Shown here: positions 28,794 to 37,191 of the stretch, one piece after another
Layout of the letters: each line of letters starts with the position of its first letter
Numbering within the stretch: position 1 is the stretch's first letter
NCBI GenBank assembly: GCA_964421785.1
Contig: CAYQZG010000001.1
Coordinates: 73,853-137,852, forward strand
Direction of reading: 5' to 3'
Source: an uncultured Anaerolineales bacterium
Lineage (GTDB): Bacteria > Chloroflexota > Anaerolineae > B4-G1
DNA: 64,000 nucleotides
Program-made: the position numbers and the translations under genes
Notes under the pieces: model-generated
What the model saw: the letters and a program-made list of their open reading frames with translations, nothing else
Databases searched by the model: none
Told to the model about the DNA's origin: nothing

Positions 28794-30825
28794 GTTTCCA
28801 GTTGTCTACAGGTAGGATGAGCATGTCCTCCAACGATGACCCTGAGGGGGTCGTGACCGGCAGTCGCTCCAAGGTGGGCCAGACGTACAATCCCACTGCG
28901 ATCTTGGGCGCGGTCAGTTCACCTGCCGGGACCTCCAAGGTGTGGACGTCCACGACGATGTCTCCAGGATGCCACAGGTGTGTGGGATAGTATCCTGTTC
29001 CAAGTTGAGCGTCGTCTTGAGCTGCTAGTTGGTCTCCCCTACATCGATCATCGCACACGTAGACGAAGGCTGTATAGTCCTCATCCAGTCTCGCCTGTAT
29101 GCTCCACGATAGACGCACGTCCCAGACGCGTCCCTTCTTCTCAATTTCGAGATCGGTGAGCTCAATGGAATCGCCGAAGCGGGCGCGGGGCGTGGGGCGC
29201 TGTTCTTTGAGCGGCTCGACATGGTAAGACGCGTAGGCCGGATAGGCCTTCTCCTCCAGATCCCCACGTGTCAGCGGCCCGGCGTGTACCTCGATTTGCG
29301 CGGGGTGGGGGAGGGCTGCCAGGTAGGGCTGTAGGTCATCGTAGGGCCAAAGAAGAAGCAGCATCTGGTCGGCGGGCGATAGGGAAGGCGTGCTGTTCGG
29401 TTGGAGCTTGATTAGAGATTGCTGCTCCGGTACCAGAAATGGAAGTCCCTTCCACGCCTGCCACAGCCGTTCGTCCACGTAGACGCGCCGCTCGTGGTCA
29501 ACGCGTTGGCTTGAAACGGTCATCCCCTGTCCATCCCAGCCGAGACCGGTGAAACGATTGATCTCTGCGGCTAGTTCGGTGGCAGCAGCCTCAAAGGCGT
29601 AGGTAGCTTGAGAACTAGAGCCGTAGCGGGCGAAGTAGTCACGCACAGTAGCCCCTAAGCTGAAGGATAGAACCAAGCAGAGTAAGATGGAACTCCATAG
29701 ATATCGACCCCGTCGAGCAGGCGCATGCAAGATCCCCTCCAGTCCCAATGCGGGGAGTACGACCAGGGGGGGCAGCACACCAACTGCACGCAGAAAGTGC
29801 GGGGCGTCGGCTGCAGCCAGGGTTGGCACGAGCATTGTTCCCACCCAGATCAAGACCAGAGCTGAACCGACATGTCGTCGCCTGGCCCGGGTTGCTGCTC
29901 GCACTACTCCCAGGATCATCGCCGCTCCCATTGGCGGGGTGAAGACCGGACGCCCAGGGACGTTATGGCGCGGTATGGTATCACCGCGAACGAAGAACAT
30001 ACCCGACGTGCGGATCAGCTGCTGTCCCAGTGTGCCCCAGAGATCACCCCGGTTAACCACTGAATTGAGCACCGATACCTGGGTGGGGCGTCCCATCACG
30101 ACATCCCAGTGGCGAACAGCATAGGTACCGAGCGGGACCATAGCGATAAGTGCTCCAATAACGAAGTAGAGTGCACCGGGCCACAGACGATCGGTCTGAC
30201 CAGTGAGTAGCAGGTAAGCGGCGAGGCCGAGCATGGCGACAGGCGTCAACCGTGCTGCCACGTAAGTGTAGAAAGTGATACCGTAGAGGATTCCAGTCAA
30301 CAGCCAGGTGTGGGCGCGGCGCGAGTGGAAGGCGCGTGAACCTGACCAGAATAGGCATGCGATCGCCAGCGGCAGCATCACGGCACGGAAGCCAACCCGG
30401 CTAAGTTGGACGTGCCACACGGTTGTCGAGATGATGGCTGCACTGAGCAGCGCCGTGCATCGATTGAACCAAGCGCGGGTCATGAGGTACGTGGCGGGGA
30501 CGGTCAGCGTACCACATATGGCAGCCACGATGCGGATTGCACCGGGTGTGCGGCCCAGAAGGCCAATCGTCGCAGCCACGAGGTAGATAAATAGGGGCTC
30601 GCGGCCGTGGTTGGCTGCGAAGTAGATGGGAAAGGTGCCTTCAAGGACCTTGAGCGCGTCCAGGCCGTTAAAGGCTTCATCATGATAGAGGCCTGGAGGA
30701 ATGTCGCCCAGACTGAGAAAGCGCAAGGCCCCCGCTAGCGCCGTCAATCCCACGATTGGGGCCCATATCCGACCGAAGCGACGCCAACGGCTTGATAGGA
30801 TCTCACCGTCTGCTGTATTCGCCAA
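28780..30825 (-). CDS. glycosyltransferase family 39 (ArnT/PMT_2-like) membrane protein with C-terminal periplasmic domain
   Basis: First-loop motif LGDIPPGLYHDEAFNG (DE motif of PMT/ArnT GT-C enzymes), multi-TM N-half, soluble C-half. Confidence 0.6.
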   Translation of the reverse strand: MANTADGEILSSRWRRFGRIWAPIVGLTALAGALRFLSLGDIPPGLYHDEAFNGLDALKVLEGTFPIYFAANHGREPLFIYLVAATIGLLGRTPGAIRIVAAICGTLTVPATYLMTRAWFNRCTALLSAAIISTTVWHVQLSRVGFRAVMLPLAIACLFWSGSRAFHSRRAHTWLLTGILYGITFYTYVAARLTPVAMLGLAAYLLLTGQTDRLWPGALYFVIGALIAMVPLGTYAVRHWDVVMGRPTQVSVLNSVVNRGDLWGTLGQQLIRTSGMFFVRGDTIPRHNVPGRPVFTPPMGAAMILGVVRAATRARRRHVGSALVLIWVGTMLVPTLAAADAPHFLRAVGVLPPLVVLPALGLEGILHAPARRGRYLWSSILLCLVLSFSLGATVRDYFARYGSSSQATYAFEAAATELAAEINRFTGLGWDGQGMTVSSQRVDHERRVYVDERLWQAWKGLPFLVPEQQSLIKLQPNSTPSLSPADQMLLLLWPYDDLQPYLAALPHPAQIEVHAGPLTRGDLEEKAYPAYASYHVEPLKEQRPTPRARFGDSIELTDLEIEKKGRVWDVRLSWSIQARLDEDYTAFVYVCDDRCRGDQLAAQDDAQLGTGYYPTHLWHPGDIVVDVHTLEVPAGELTAPKIAVGLYVWPTLERLPVTTPSGSSLEDMLILPVDNWKHDAD

Positions 30826-31017
30826 AGCGAGGGCATTATAGCACGCCGAGAAGAAGTGTCAAACGTGGTACGGCGAGTATCTCAACCATTCACGAACCCT
30901 AGTGCTGCAGAAGGCTCCCTGGCGCGCGCCAAGCAGGTCGGTCCTCAAGTAGCGGGTGAGTGATCGGAGATGGACTGCTTTTGACTGCTACTTTGCAGAA
31001 GAGGCGGTAACTTGCGT

Positions 31018-31046
31018 TTGCAATTTAACTGTACTCGTGGTAAAAT
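31018..31046 (+). promoter_or_regulatory. sigma70-like promoter candidate (TTGCAA-17 nt-TAAAAT) upstream of rpiR-family gene
   Basis: Sequence read directly; about 150 nt upstream of ATG at 31195. Confidence 0.3.
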
Positions 31047-31194
31047 AGGCGCAATTCGTAAGGGGGTGTCCAAAGACAGGCTCACTCTCTGGAAGTGATC
31101 TTACATTTCAGACGAGTGGTCTCGGCAGGCGCAGTTTAGAGAGGGAAGAGCACCTTGAGTGCTTTTCGGCTAGAGTTCAGAAGGAGATCCGACG

Positions 31195-32073
31195 ATGTTT
31201 CGTGAGAAGATACAAGAGAAATACGATGATTTGACGCCCAGTTTCCGTAAGCTTGCCGATTTCATATTGCAGAACCAGCTCGATGTTGCCTTTATGACCG
31301 CTACGGAGTTGGCCAATCGGTTGGGCGTGGATGCTGCTACCGTGGTTCGCTTTGCCCAGGAGCTTGGCTACACAGGGTTTCGAGAGCTGAGTAAAGAGAT
31401 ACAGGAGGTCGTTCGATTGGAGTTGAAGGCGTCCTATACCGCCGACCTGGACGCTGCAGAGGATCTTCAGCTATTCCGCAGTCTTTTGGGCAACGAGAAG
31501 CACAATCTGGAGCTTGCCCAGGACAGGCTGTCGGAACAGGTCGAATCGCTGCTTCCAGAGCTCTTGGATGCTGATCGGATTTGGGTTGTGGGACAAGGCC
31601 TATGTGTTCATTTGGCCGGTCTTTGCGCAGGCGCTCTGCGAGAGATTGGCTTGCCGGCCGTAGACATCGCGACAAATCCCTTGGAGGCAGCGACCAATCT
31701 CAAAGAGGTCGAGAGAGGCGATCTCCTTGTCGGGTTCTCTCTCTCTGGCATGGATCTGGATATGGCCAATGTGATCCGCTTCGCTCGTGGAAGAGGTGCA
31801 AGGACGTTTGTCTTCAGTGCGTCATCTGTCGCCGCAGCCGCTTTAGAGGCTGAGACGTCCATCATTTGCCCGGGACCTACCCAGACGGACGTTCCGTCGT
31901 TCACCGGATTGGCTGCCATGATTGTCGTAGTGATTGCAGCCTTTGCTGCTCGCTACCCTGAGGAAGCAGGTAAAATGACAGACGCGGTGCGACAGAGCTA
32001 TCAGGAGTTGCTGGAAATGCAAGTGGAGAGCGCTTCGGATCTGGACACTGAGGATTTGTGGCGCGAATTCTAG
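31195..32073 (+). CDS. MurR/RpiR family transcriptional regulator (HTH_6 + SIS domain)
   Basis: N-terminal HTH (MTATELANRLGVDAATVVRFAQELGYTGFREL), C-terminal SIS phosphosugar-binding fold. Confidence 0.8.
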   Translation: MFREKIQEKYDDLTPSFRKLADFILQNQLDVAFMTATELANRLGVDAATVVRFAQELGYTGFRELSKEIQEVVRLELKASYTADLDAAEDLQLFRSLLGNEKHNLELAQDRLSEQVESLLPELLDADRIWVVGQGLCVHLAGLCAGALREIGLPAVDIATNPLEAATNLKEVERGDLLVGFSLSGMDLDMANVIRFARGRGARTFVFSASSVAAAALEAETSIICPGPTQTDVPSFTGLAAMIVVVIAAFAARYPEEAGKMTDAVRQSYQELLEMQVESASDLDTEDLWREF

Positions 32074-32268
32074 CGTTGGCTTGAGTTGCGGTGCGTGCTG
32101 GTTGGATTGAGGTTGTCGGATGTCGAACTTGTGAAGGCCCGGTGTGAGCCGGGTCTTCTTACTGTGCGTTCTGGCAGACAGAGTGGTGTAGCGTCTTCAC
32201 GCTATTGAACTCAGGGCGAGATGGCTTCTTGGCATAATCGGCAGATGACAGAACCAGGGGAAAGAGAC

Positions 32269-33159
32269 ATGGTCATTCTTGTGGAGGATCTTGTCAAGCA
32301 TTACGATGATGTGGTTGCTGTCGACCAACTCTCATTCGAGGTGGAAAGGGGGGAGCTCTTTGGGCTCCTCGGTCCCAACGGCGCAGGTAAGACAACTACG
32401 ATCCGGATCGTGATGGATATTCTTCAGCCTGATGCAGGGCGTGTGAGGATCCTGGGGCAGCGCCCGGGCGAGGCCAAAGAGCGCGTCGGCTATCTGCCAG
32501 AGGAGAGAGGATTATACCGCGATGTCAAGGTGCTTGACATGTTGGTGTATCTGGCGGAGTTGAAGGGCGTATCGCGAGCAATGGCCCGTGATCGGGCACA
32601 AGGGTTGCTTGAGCGAATCCGCCTGGATGACTGGGCCGACCGCAAAGTGAAGGATCTGAGCAGGGGGATGCAGCAGCGGCTTCAGTTCATCGCCAGCCTG
32701 GTGCACGACCCAGATCTGCTCATCCTTGATGAGCCATTCCAAGGACTGGATCCGGTCAATACCGAGCGGCTCAAGGCGTTCGTCGACGATTTGCGTGGGG
32801 CAGGTAAGACTATCGTGCTCAGCACCCATCAGATGAACCTGGTGGAGGCATTGTGCGACCGGATTCTCCTGATCGATAGTGGGCGTGCGGTCCTCTACGG
32901 TCGTCTAGACGAGATCAAGGAGCAGAACGCTCCCAACACGATCCGGTTGCGTGCCGAAGAGGTGCCCGCCGAGCTGCCAGGAGTTCTGTCCGTAGAGCCG
33001 AGCGATGGTGCTTTCAATCTGACCCTGGCCGATGGAATGGATCCGCAAGAAGTGCTGCGGAGTCTGGTGGAGCTGGGTACTCGAGTTCGCGAGTTCGAGG
33101 TGGCTCCGGTGCCGTTGGAGGACATCTTTGTGGATGTTGTTGGTGGGGAGGAGGTCTAG
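32269..33159 (+). CDS. ABC transporter ATP-binding protein (ABC-2/DrrA-like exporter ATPase)
   Basis: Walker A GPNGAGKTT, signature LSRGMQQRL, Walker B LLILDEP; start set at MVILVEDLVKHYDD. Confidence 0.85.
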   Translation: MVILVEDLVKHYDDVVAVDQLSFEVERGELFGLLGPNGAGKTTTIRIVMDILQPDAGRVRILGQRPGEAKERVGYLPEERGLYRDVKVLDMLVYLAELKGVSRAMARDRAQGLLERIRLDDWADRKVKDLSRGMQQRLQFIASLVHDPDLLILDEPFQGLDPVNTERLKAFVDDLRGAGKTIVLSTHQMNLVEALCDRILLIDSGRAVLYGRLDEIKEQNAPNTIRLRAEEVPAELPGVLSVEPSDGAFNLTLADGMDPQEVLRSLVELGTRVREFEVAPVPLEDIFVDVVGGEEV

Positions 33160-33163
33160 TTCT

Positions 33164-34417
33164 ATGCATTGGCGCAAGATCTTGGTGATTGCCCGCCACG
33201 AATACTTGACCAACGTGAAGCGACTGGGGTTCATTATCATGACCGCGATCGTGCCTGCGCTTGGTATTCTAGGGCTCTTGGTAGCCACGATCCTCGGGGG
33301 GGAAGCTCGCAAGATTGGTGATTTCTTGGAGAGGCAGTTTACGGGTGACGAGAAGCCTTCCGCCGTTGTGGACAGTTCGGGAATCTTTGCCTCGATACAA
33401 CCCGAATACCAGGAGAATTTCGTTCTTTATCAGGGTGAGGATGCGGCGAAAGAGGCGCTTGAGGCTGAACAGATCTCCAAAGCGCTGTTGATCCCGGAGG
33501 ATTACTTAGAGACAGGGAGAGTCGTTGTGCTGACTCAGGGTAGTGGCTTCGGAGCGGTGGAAGCGAGCGATTCGTCTGAGGTGCAAGCGTTCTTTGTCGA
33601 CCACTTACTGTTGGGGCGGGTCGATCAGGCTGTTCGTGAACGGGCTGCCAGGCCGTTGAAGACGGAGGCAAAGGTGATATCAAAGGGAAAGACGCGCGGT
33701 GAGGGGCCTTTGAGCTTCGTCTTTACCTTTGTCATTCCCTACGTACTGTCGTTCTTTCTGATCATGACGATCTTTGTTTCATCGGGTTATCTTCTGCGCA
33801 GTGTCGCGGAGGAGAAGGAGACGCGAGTCGTTGAACTCGTCATCTCTTCGGTTCGCCCGATGGAGCTTATGGCGGGTAAGGTGGCCGGGCTGGGCGCTCT
33901 TGGCCTGACCCAGGTGTTGATCTGGCTGGTGAGCACCGTGGCATTCAGCGGCGGTCTGGTGGCACTGGTGGCAGCCGCGGGGGCCGTCTTGGTACCGGTC
34001 CGTGTGATGGTTCTGGGTGTTGTCTACTACCTGCTCGGCTATACGCTCTACGCGATCTTGATGGCAGGGATTGGTGCACTGGGCACCACGATGCAGGAGA
34101 GCCAGCAGCTGGCCGGCTTCTTCTCCTTCTTTGCTGCCATACCCTATATGCTAAGCGGATTCCTTTTCACCAATCCCAACGCTCTCTTGGCGCGAGTGCT
34201 TAGCTTCTTTCCCCTGACCGCGCCAACGATGATGATGCTACGTTTGCCCCTCGCCGAGTTGCCCTGGGTGGACGTGGTCGGCAGCGTGGTGGTTTTGGTC
34301 GTTTCTCTCCCGATAGCCCTGTGGTTGGGGGCGAAGCTGTTCCGTGTCGGGCTGCTCATCTACGGGAAGCGCCCTACGCTGAAGGAGATTTGGGGGATTG
34401 TGACGAGTAGTGGGTAG
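33164..34417 (+). CDS. ABC-2 family transporter permease
   Basis: Immediately downstream of ATPase; about 6 TM helices with large first extracellular loop typical of ABC-2 permeases; start at internal Met MHWRKILV. Confidence 0.7.
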   Translation: MHWRKILVIARHEYLTNVKRLGFIIMTAIVPALGILGLLVATILGGEARKIGDFLERQFTGDEKPSAVVDSSGIFASIQPEYQENFVLYQGEDAAKEALEAEQISKALLIPEDYLETGRVVVLTQGSGFGAVEASDSSEVQAFFVDHLLLGRVDQAVRERAARPLKTEAKVISKGKTRGEGPLSFVFTFVIPYVLSFFLIMTIFVSSGYLLRSVAEEKETRVVELVISSVRPMELMAGKVAGLGALGLTQVLIWLVSTVAFSGGLVALVAAAGAVLVPVRVMVLGVVYYLLGYTLYAILMAGIGALGTTMQESQQLAGFFSFFAAIPYMLSGFLFTNPNALLARVLSFFPLTAPTMMMLRLPLAELPWVDVVGSVVVLVVSLPIALWLGAKLFRVGLLIYGKRPTLKEIWGIVTSSG

Positions 34418-34563
34418 GGTTGGGCAGGTGCGTAAGAGCCCCGAAGCTTGTGGTGTGGATGGACTATACCCCGCTCTGCAGCCTGGAAGGGAGCTCGCGG
34501 AGCGGGGCCATGCTATGAGTTCTTCTGAACCAAGAAAAGAGCGGAAGGGCCTGCCAAGATAGC

Positions 34564-35829
34564 TCAGGCCCGTTCCTTCAGCCAAGTGACCAGCAGGTTC
34601 AAGTCAACGTCTATCTGATCCCCCGATGTCATGTCGCGCACGGTGGCCTTTCCGCTCTCCAGTTCGTTCTCTCCGAGGATGACGGTGTAACGCACCGCAC
34701 GCTTGTCAGCTTCGCGGAGCTGGCTCCTCAGTCCGCGGTTTCTTCCCATCGCCAGGTAGACCCCCACATCCGCACGGCGGAGTGCATCCATCAGCTTCAG
34801 AGATTCTTCGCGAGGCTTCTCACCCAGGTAGGCGAGGAAGATCTCGGGGGTCCTTGGGGCGGGAGGCCCCACTTCCAATGCTTTCATCGTGATGACGATC
34901 CGCTCCAGCCCTATGGCCACACCAACGCCCGGGGTCTCTGGACCACCCAGGAGATCGGTCAGTCCGTCGTACCGCCCCCCGCCGCACAGGGCGCTCTGCG
35001 CGCCGATCCCGGATGCCCAGACTTCGAAGACGGTTTTCGTATAGTAGTCCAGCCCGCGCACCAGCCGGTGGTTGAGCACGTATCGCCGGTTAAGCAGCTC
35101 TAGATATTCCCGCAGACGGGTAAAGTGTTCTCTACATTCATCGCATAGGTAGTCTACGATACGAGGTGCCTTTTCGATGATGGGCTGACACTGTTCATCC
35201 TTGCAGTCGAGCACGCGGAGAGGGCTTCGCTCCAGCCGTCGTCGGCAATCCTCGCAGACTTCATCATCGTGTCTGCGATAGTGATCCTCTAACGCTTCCA
35301 CGTACTTTGGGCGACAGCGGGGGCAGCCGGTGGAGTTCAGCTGGAACTCCAGGTCTGGGATACCGAGGCCGGCGTAGAGATCCCATACCAGCATCATAAT
35401 CTCTAGATCGGCAGCTGGGTCTTGTTCGCCAAGAATCTCGGCGTTGAACTGCGTGAACTGACGATAGCGACCGGCCTGAGGGCGATCGTAGCGAAAGGTT
35501 GGCCCTATGGAATAGAGTTTCTGCGGTTTGACTTCCACGTGGAGACCGTTCTCGATATAGGCCCGCACGACGCCAGCCGTAAACTCGGGGCGGAGCGTGA
35601 GGTCGCGCCCGCCTTTGTCGGTGAAGTTGTACATCTCCTTGTCTACAACGTCGGTGCCCTCGCCAATGCCGCGAGCGAATACCTCAGTGGCCTCGAAGAT
35701 GGGGATGTCGATACGTTCGAAGCCGGCCAGTTCGGCCAGATGCTTTGCGTGGCTGCGCAGGCGTGCCCAATAGGGCTGTTCCTCCGGCAGGATGTCTTGG
35801 GTTCCGGGTGGCCGCTGATAAGGTGGCAT
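34564..35829 (-). CDS. hisS: histidine--tRNA ligase
   Basis: Class II aaRS motifs and HisRS-specific signature; C-terminal anticodon-binding domain; 421 aa. Confidence 0.9.
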   Translation of the reverse strand: MPPYQRPPGTQDILPEEQPYWARLRSHAKHLAELAGFERIDIPIFEATEVFARGIGEGTDVVDKEMYNFTDKGGRDLTLRPEFTAGVVRAYIENGLHVEVKPQKLYSIGPTFRYDRPQAGRYRQFTQFNAEILGEQDPAADLEIMMLVWDLYAGLGIPDLEFQLNSTGCPRCRPKYVEALEDHYRRHDDEVCEDCRRRLERSPLRVLDCKDEQCQPIIEKAPRIVDYLCDECREHFTRLREYLELLNRRYVLNHRLVRGLDYYTKTVFEVWASGIGAQSALCGGGRYDGLTDLLGGPETPGVGVAIGLERIVITMKALEVGPPAPRTPEIFLAYLGEKPREESLKLMDALRRADVGVYLAMGRNRGLRSQLREADKRAVRYTVILGENELESGKATVRDMTSGDQIDVDLNLLVTWLKERA

Positions 35830-35999
35830 GAGTTTCTCCTTCCAGATCTATGCAAAGCTGAGCGGGCAATCTATCACGCCAGAGATGAAGGCGCATGCGC
35901 TCCTGAGATATACTGGCCAGTATTATAGTCGGACTCGAGGGTTTCGCCAGCCAAGCGAGTTGCCGGACTTCATGTTACGAAGGGGGAGGGGCGAAGATG

Positions 36000-36302
36000 T
36001 CACGCGCGCGCCCAGTCGGTGGCCCATTGAGGGCGATCAGGGATGTAGACGGTGATGGCGACGATCTCATCTCTGTCGGCGTATTCACAAACGACGTGAA
36101 TCTGGAGATCGAAACCAGTGTTAGGCCCGACGATGAGCACCCGGTGTCGCCTTGGATAGTGCTCAAGGATCTTGCCGTTGAAGATGGCGTGGAAGACATC
36201 CTTGGCTCGCAAACTCTCCTTGTAGGCTTCGTAAAGTGCATGTTCGGTGAGGCGCATCGTGTCGTGAGAGACTAGCAGATCATCGACCTCTGTGATAACC
36301 AT
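36000..36302 (-). CDS. DUF4258-like small protein (toxin-like fold), orphan
   Basis: 100 aa; C-terminal ...HVVCEYADRDEIVAITVYIPDRPQW resembles DUF4258 family endings (..VITVY.PD...W); no obvious partner gene. Confidence 0.4.
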   Translation of the reverse strand: MVITEVDDLLVSHDTMRLTEHALYEAYKESLRAKDVFHAIFNGKILEHYPRRHRVLIVGPNTGFDLQIHVVCEYADRDEIVAITVYIPDRPQWATDWARA

Positions 36303-36604
36303 CTATGCGCTCCTTTCGGCTCCCGTGTCAACAAGGAGGCGTTTGCTGGACCGTAGCTTGCGAAAAGCAACTGTTCCACGTCGTGTGGGGTGTTTAGTAT
36401 ACGTCGCTTTCTGGACATGAGCAAATTATCCGGTGGTGGTGTGCGATTGACGATAAGGGCAGGAAGGGTATAATCAGGGTGCGTTCGCCACTCGATATGC
36501 GACCGAGAGCTACCATACGGGGTGGGCCTTTCATTGCTTGTAAGAAATGGCCTTCAATGAGAATCCCGCTTCAGAATGAATCAAGGCATCGAAGGGAGAG
36601 AATC

Positions 36605-37162
36605 ATGATCGACGTCAATGAACTGCGCAAAGGTGTTACGTTTACAATGGATGGCGAGCTTTATCGAGTTCTTGAGTATGAGCATCACAAGCCAGGCCGA
36701 GGTAAAGCTTACATCCGTACCAAGCTGCGCAACATAAACACGGGCGCGACGATCAAGCATACGTTTATCTCCGGTGACAAGGTGGAGGATGTCTACGTCG
36801 AGCGGCGAGGTGTCCAGTACCTGTACACGGATGGTGACCTGTACCATTTCATGGACACTGAGACGTATGAGCAGCTGGCAGCACCCGCGTCTGTGCTGGG
36901 AGAGGGTGCCAAGTATCTCCTGGAGAACATGGAAATCGTTGTGGCGGTATACGGAGGCAGAATCATCGACGTCGATCTGCCAACAAAGGTCGACCTGGAG
37001 GTGGTGCACTCAGAGGTGGCGGTGGCCGGTGACCGCGCGACGGGGACGCTGAAGACCGTGACGACAGAGACCGGTTTGGACGTAGAGGTTCCTCTCTTCG
37101 TTGAAGTGGGGGATGTGATCCGAGTCGACACGCGAAATGGTGAATACGTGACACGCGTGTAG
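36605..37162 (+). CDS. efp: elongation factor P
   Basis: 185 aa from MIDVNELRKG; KPGKG loop (HHKPGRGKAYIRTKLRN), three OB-like domains. Confidence 0.92.
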   Translation: MIDVNELRKGVTFTMDGELYRVLEYEHHKPGRGKAYIRTKLRNINTGATIKHTFISGDKVEDVYVERRGVQYLYTDGDLYHFMDTETYEQLAAPASVLGEGAKYLLENMEIVVAVYGGRIIDVDLPTKVDLEVVHSEVAVAGDRATGTLKTVTTETGLDVEVPLFVEVGDVIRVDTRNGEYVTRV

Positions 37163-37191
37163 ACCTGTGTCCGCTGGCATCAAGGGGAGTT

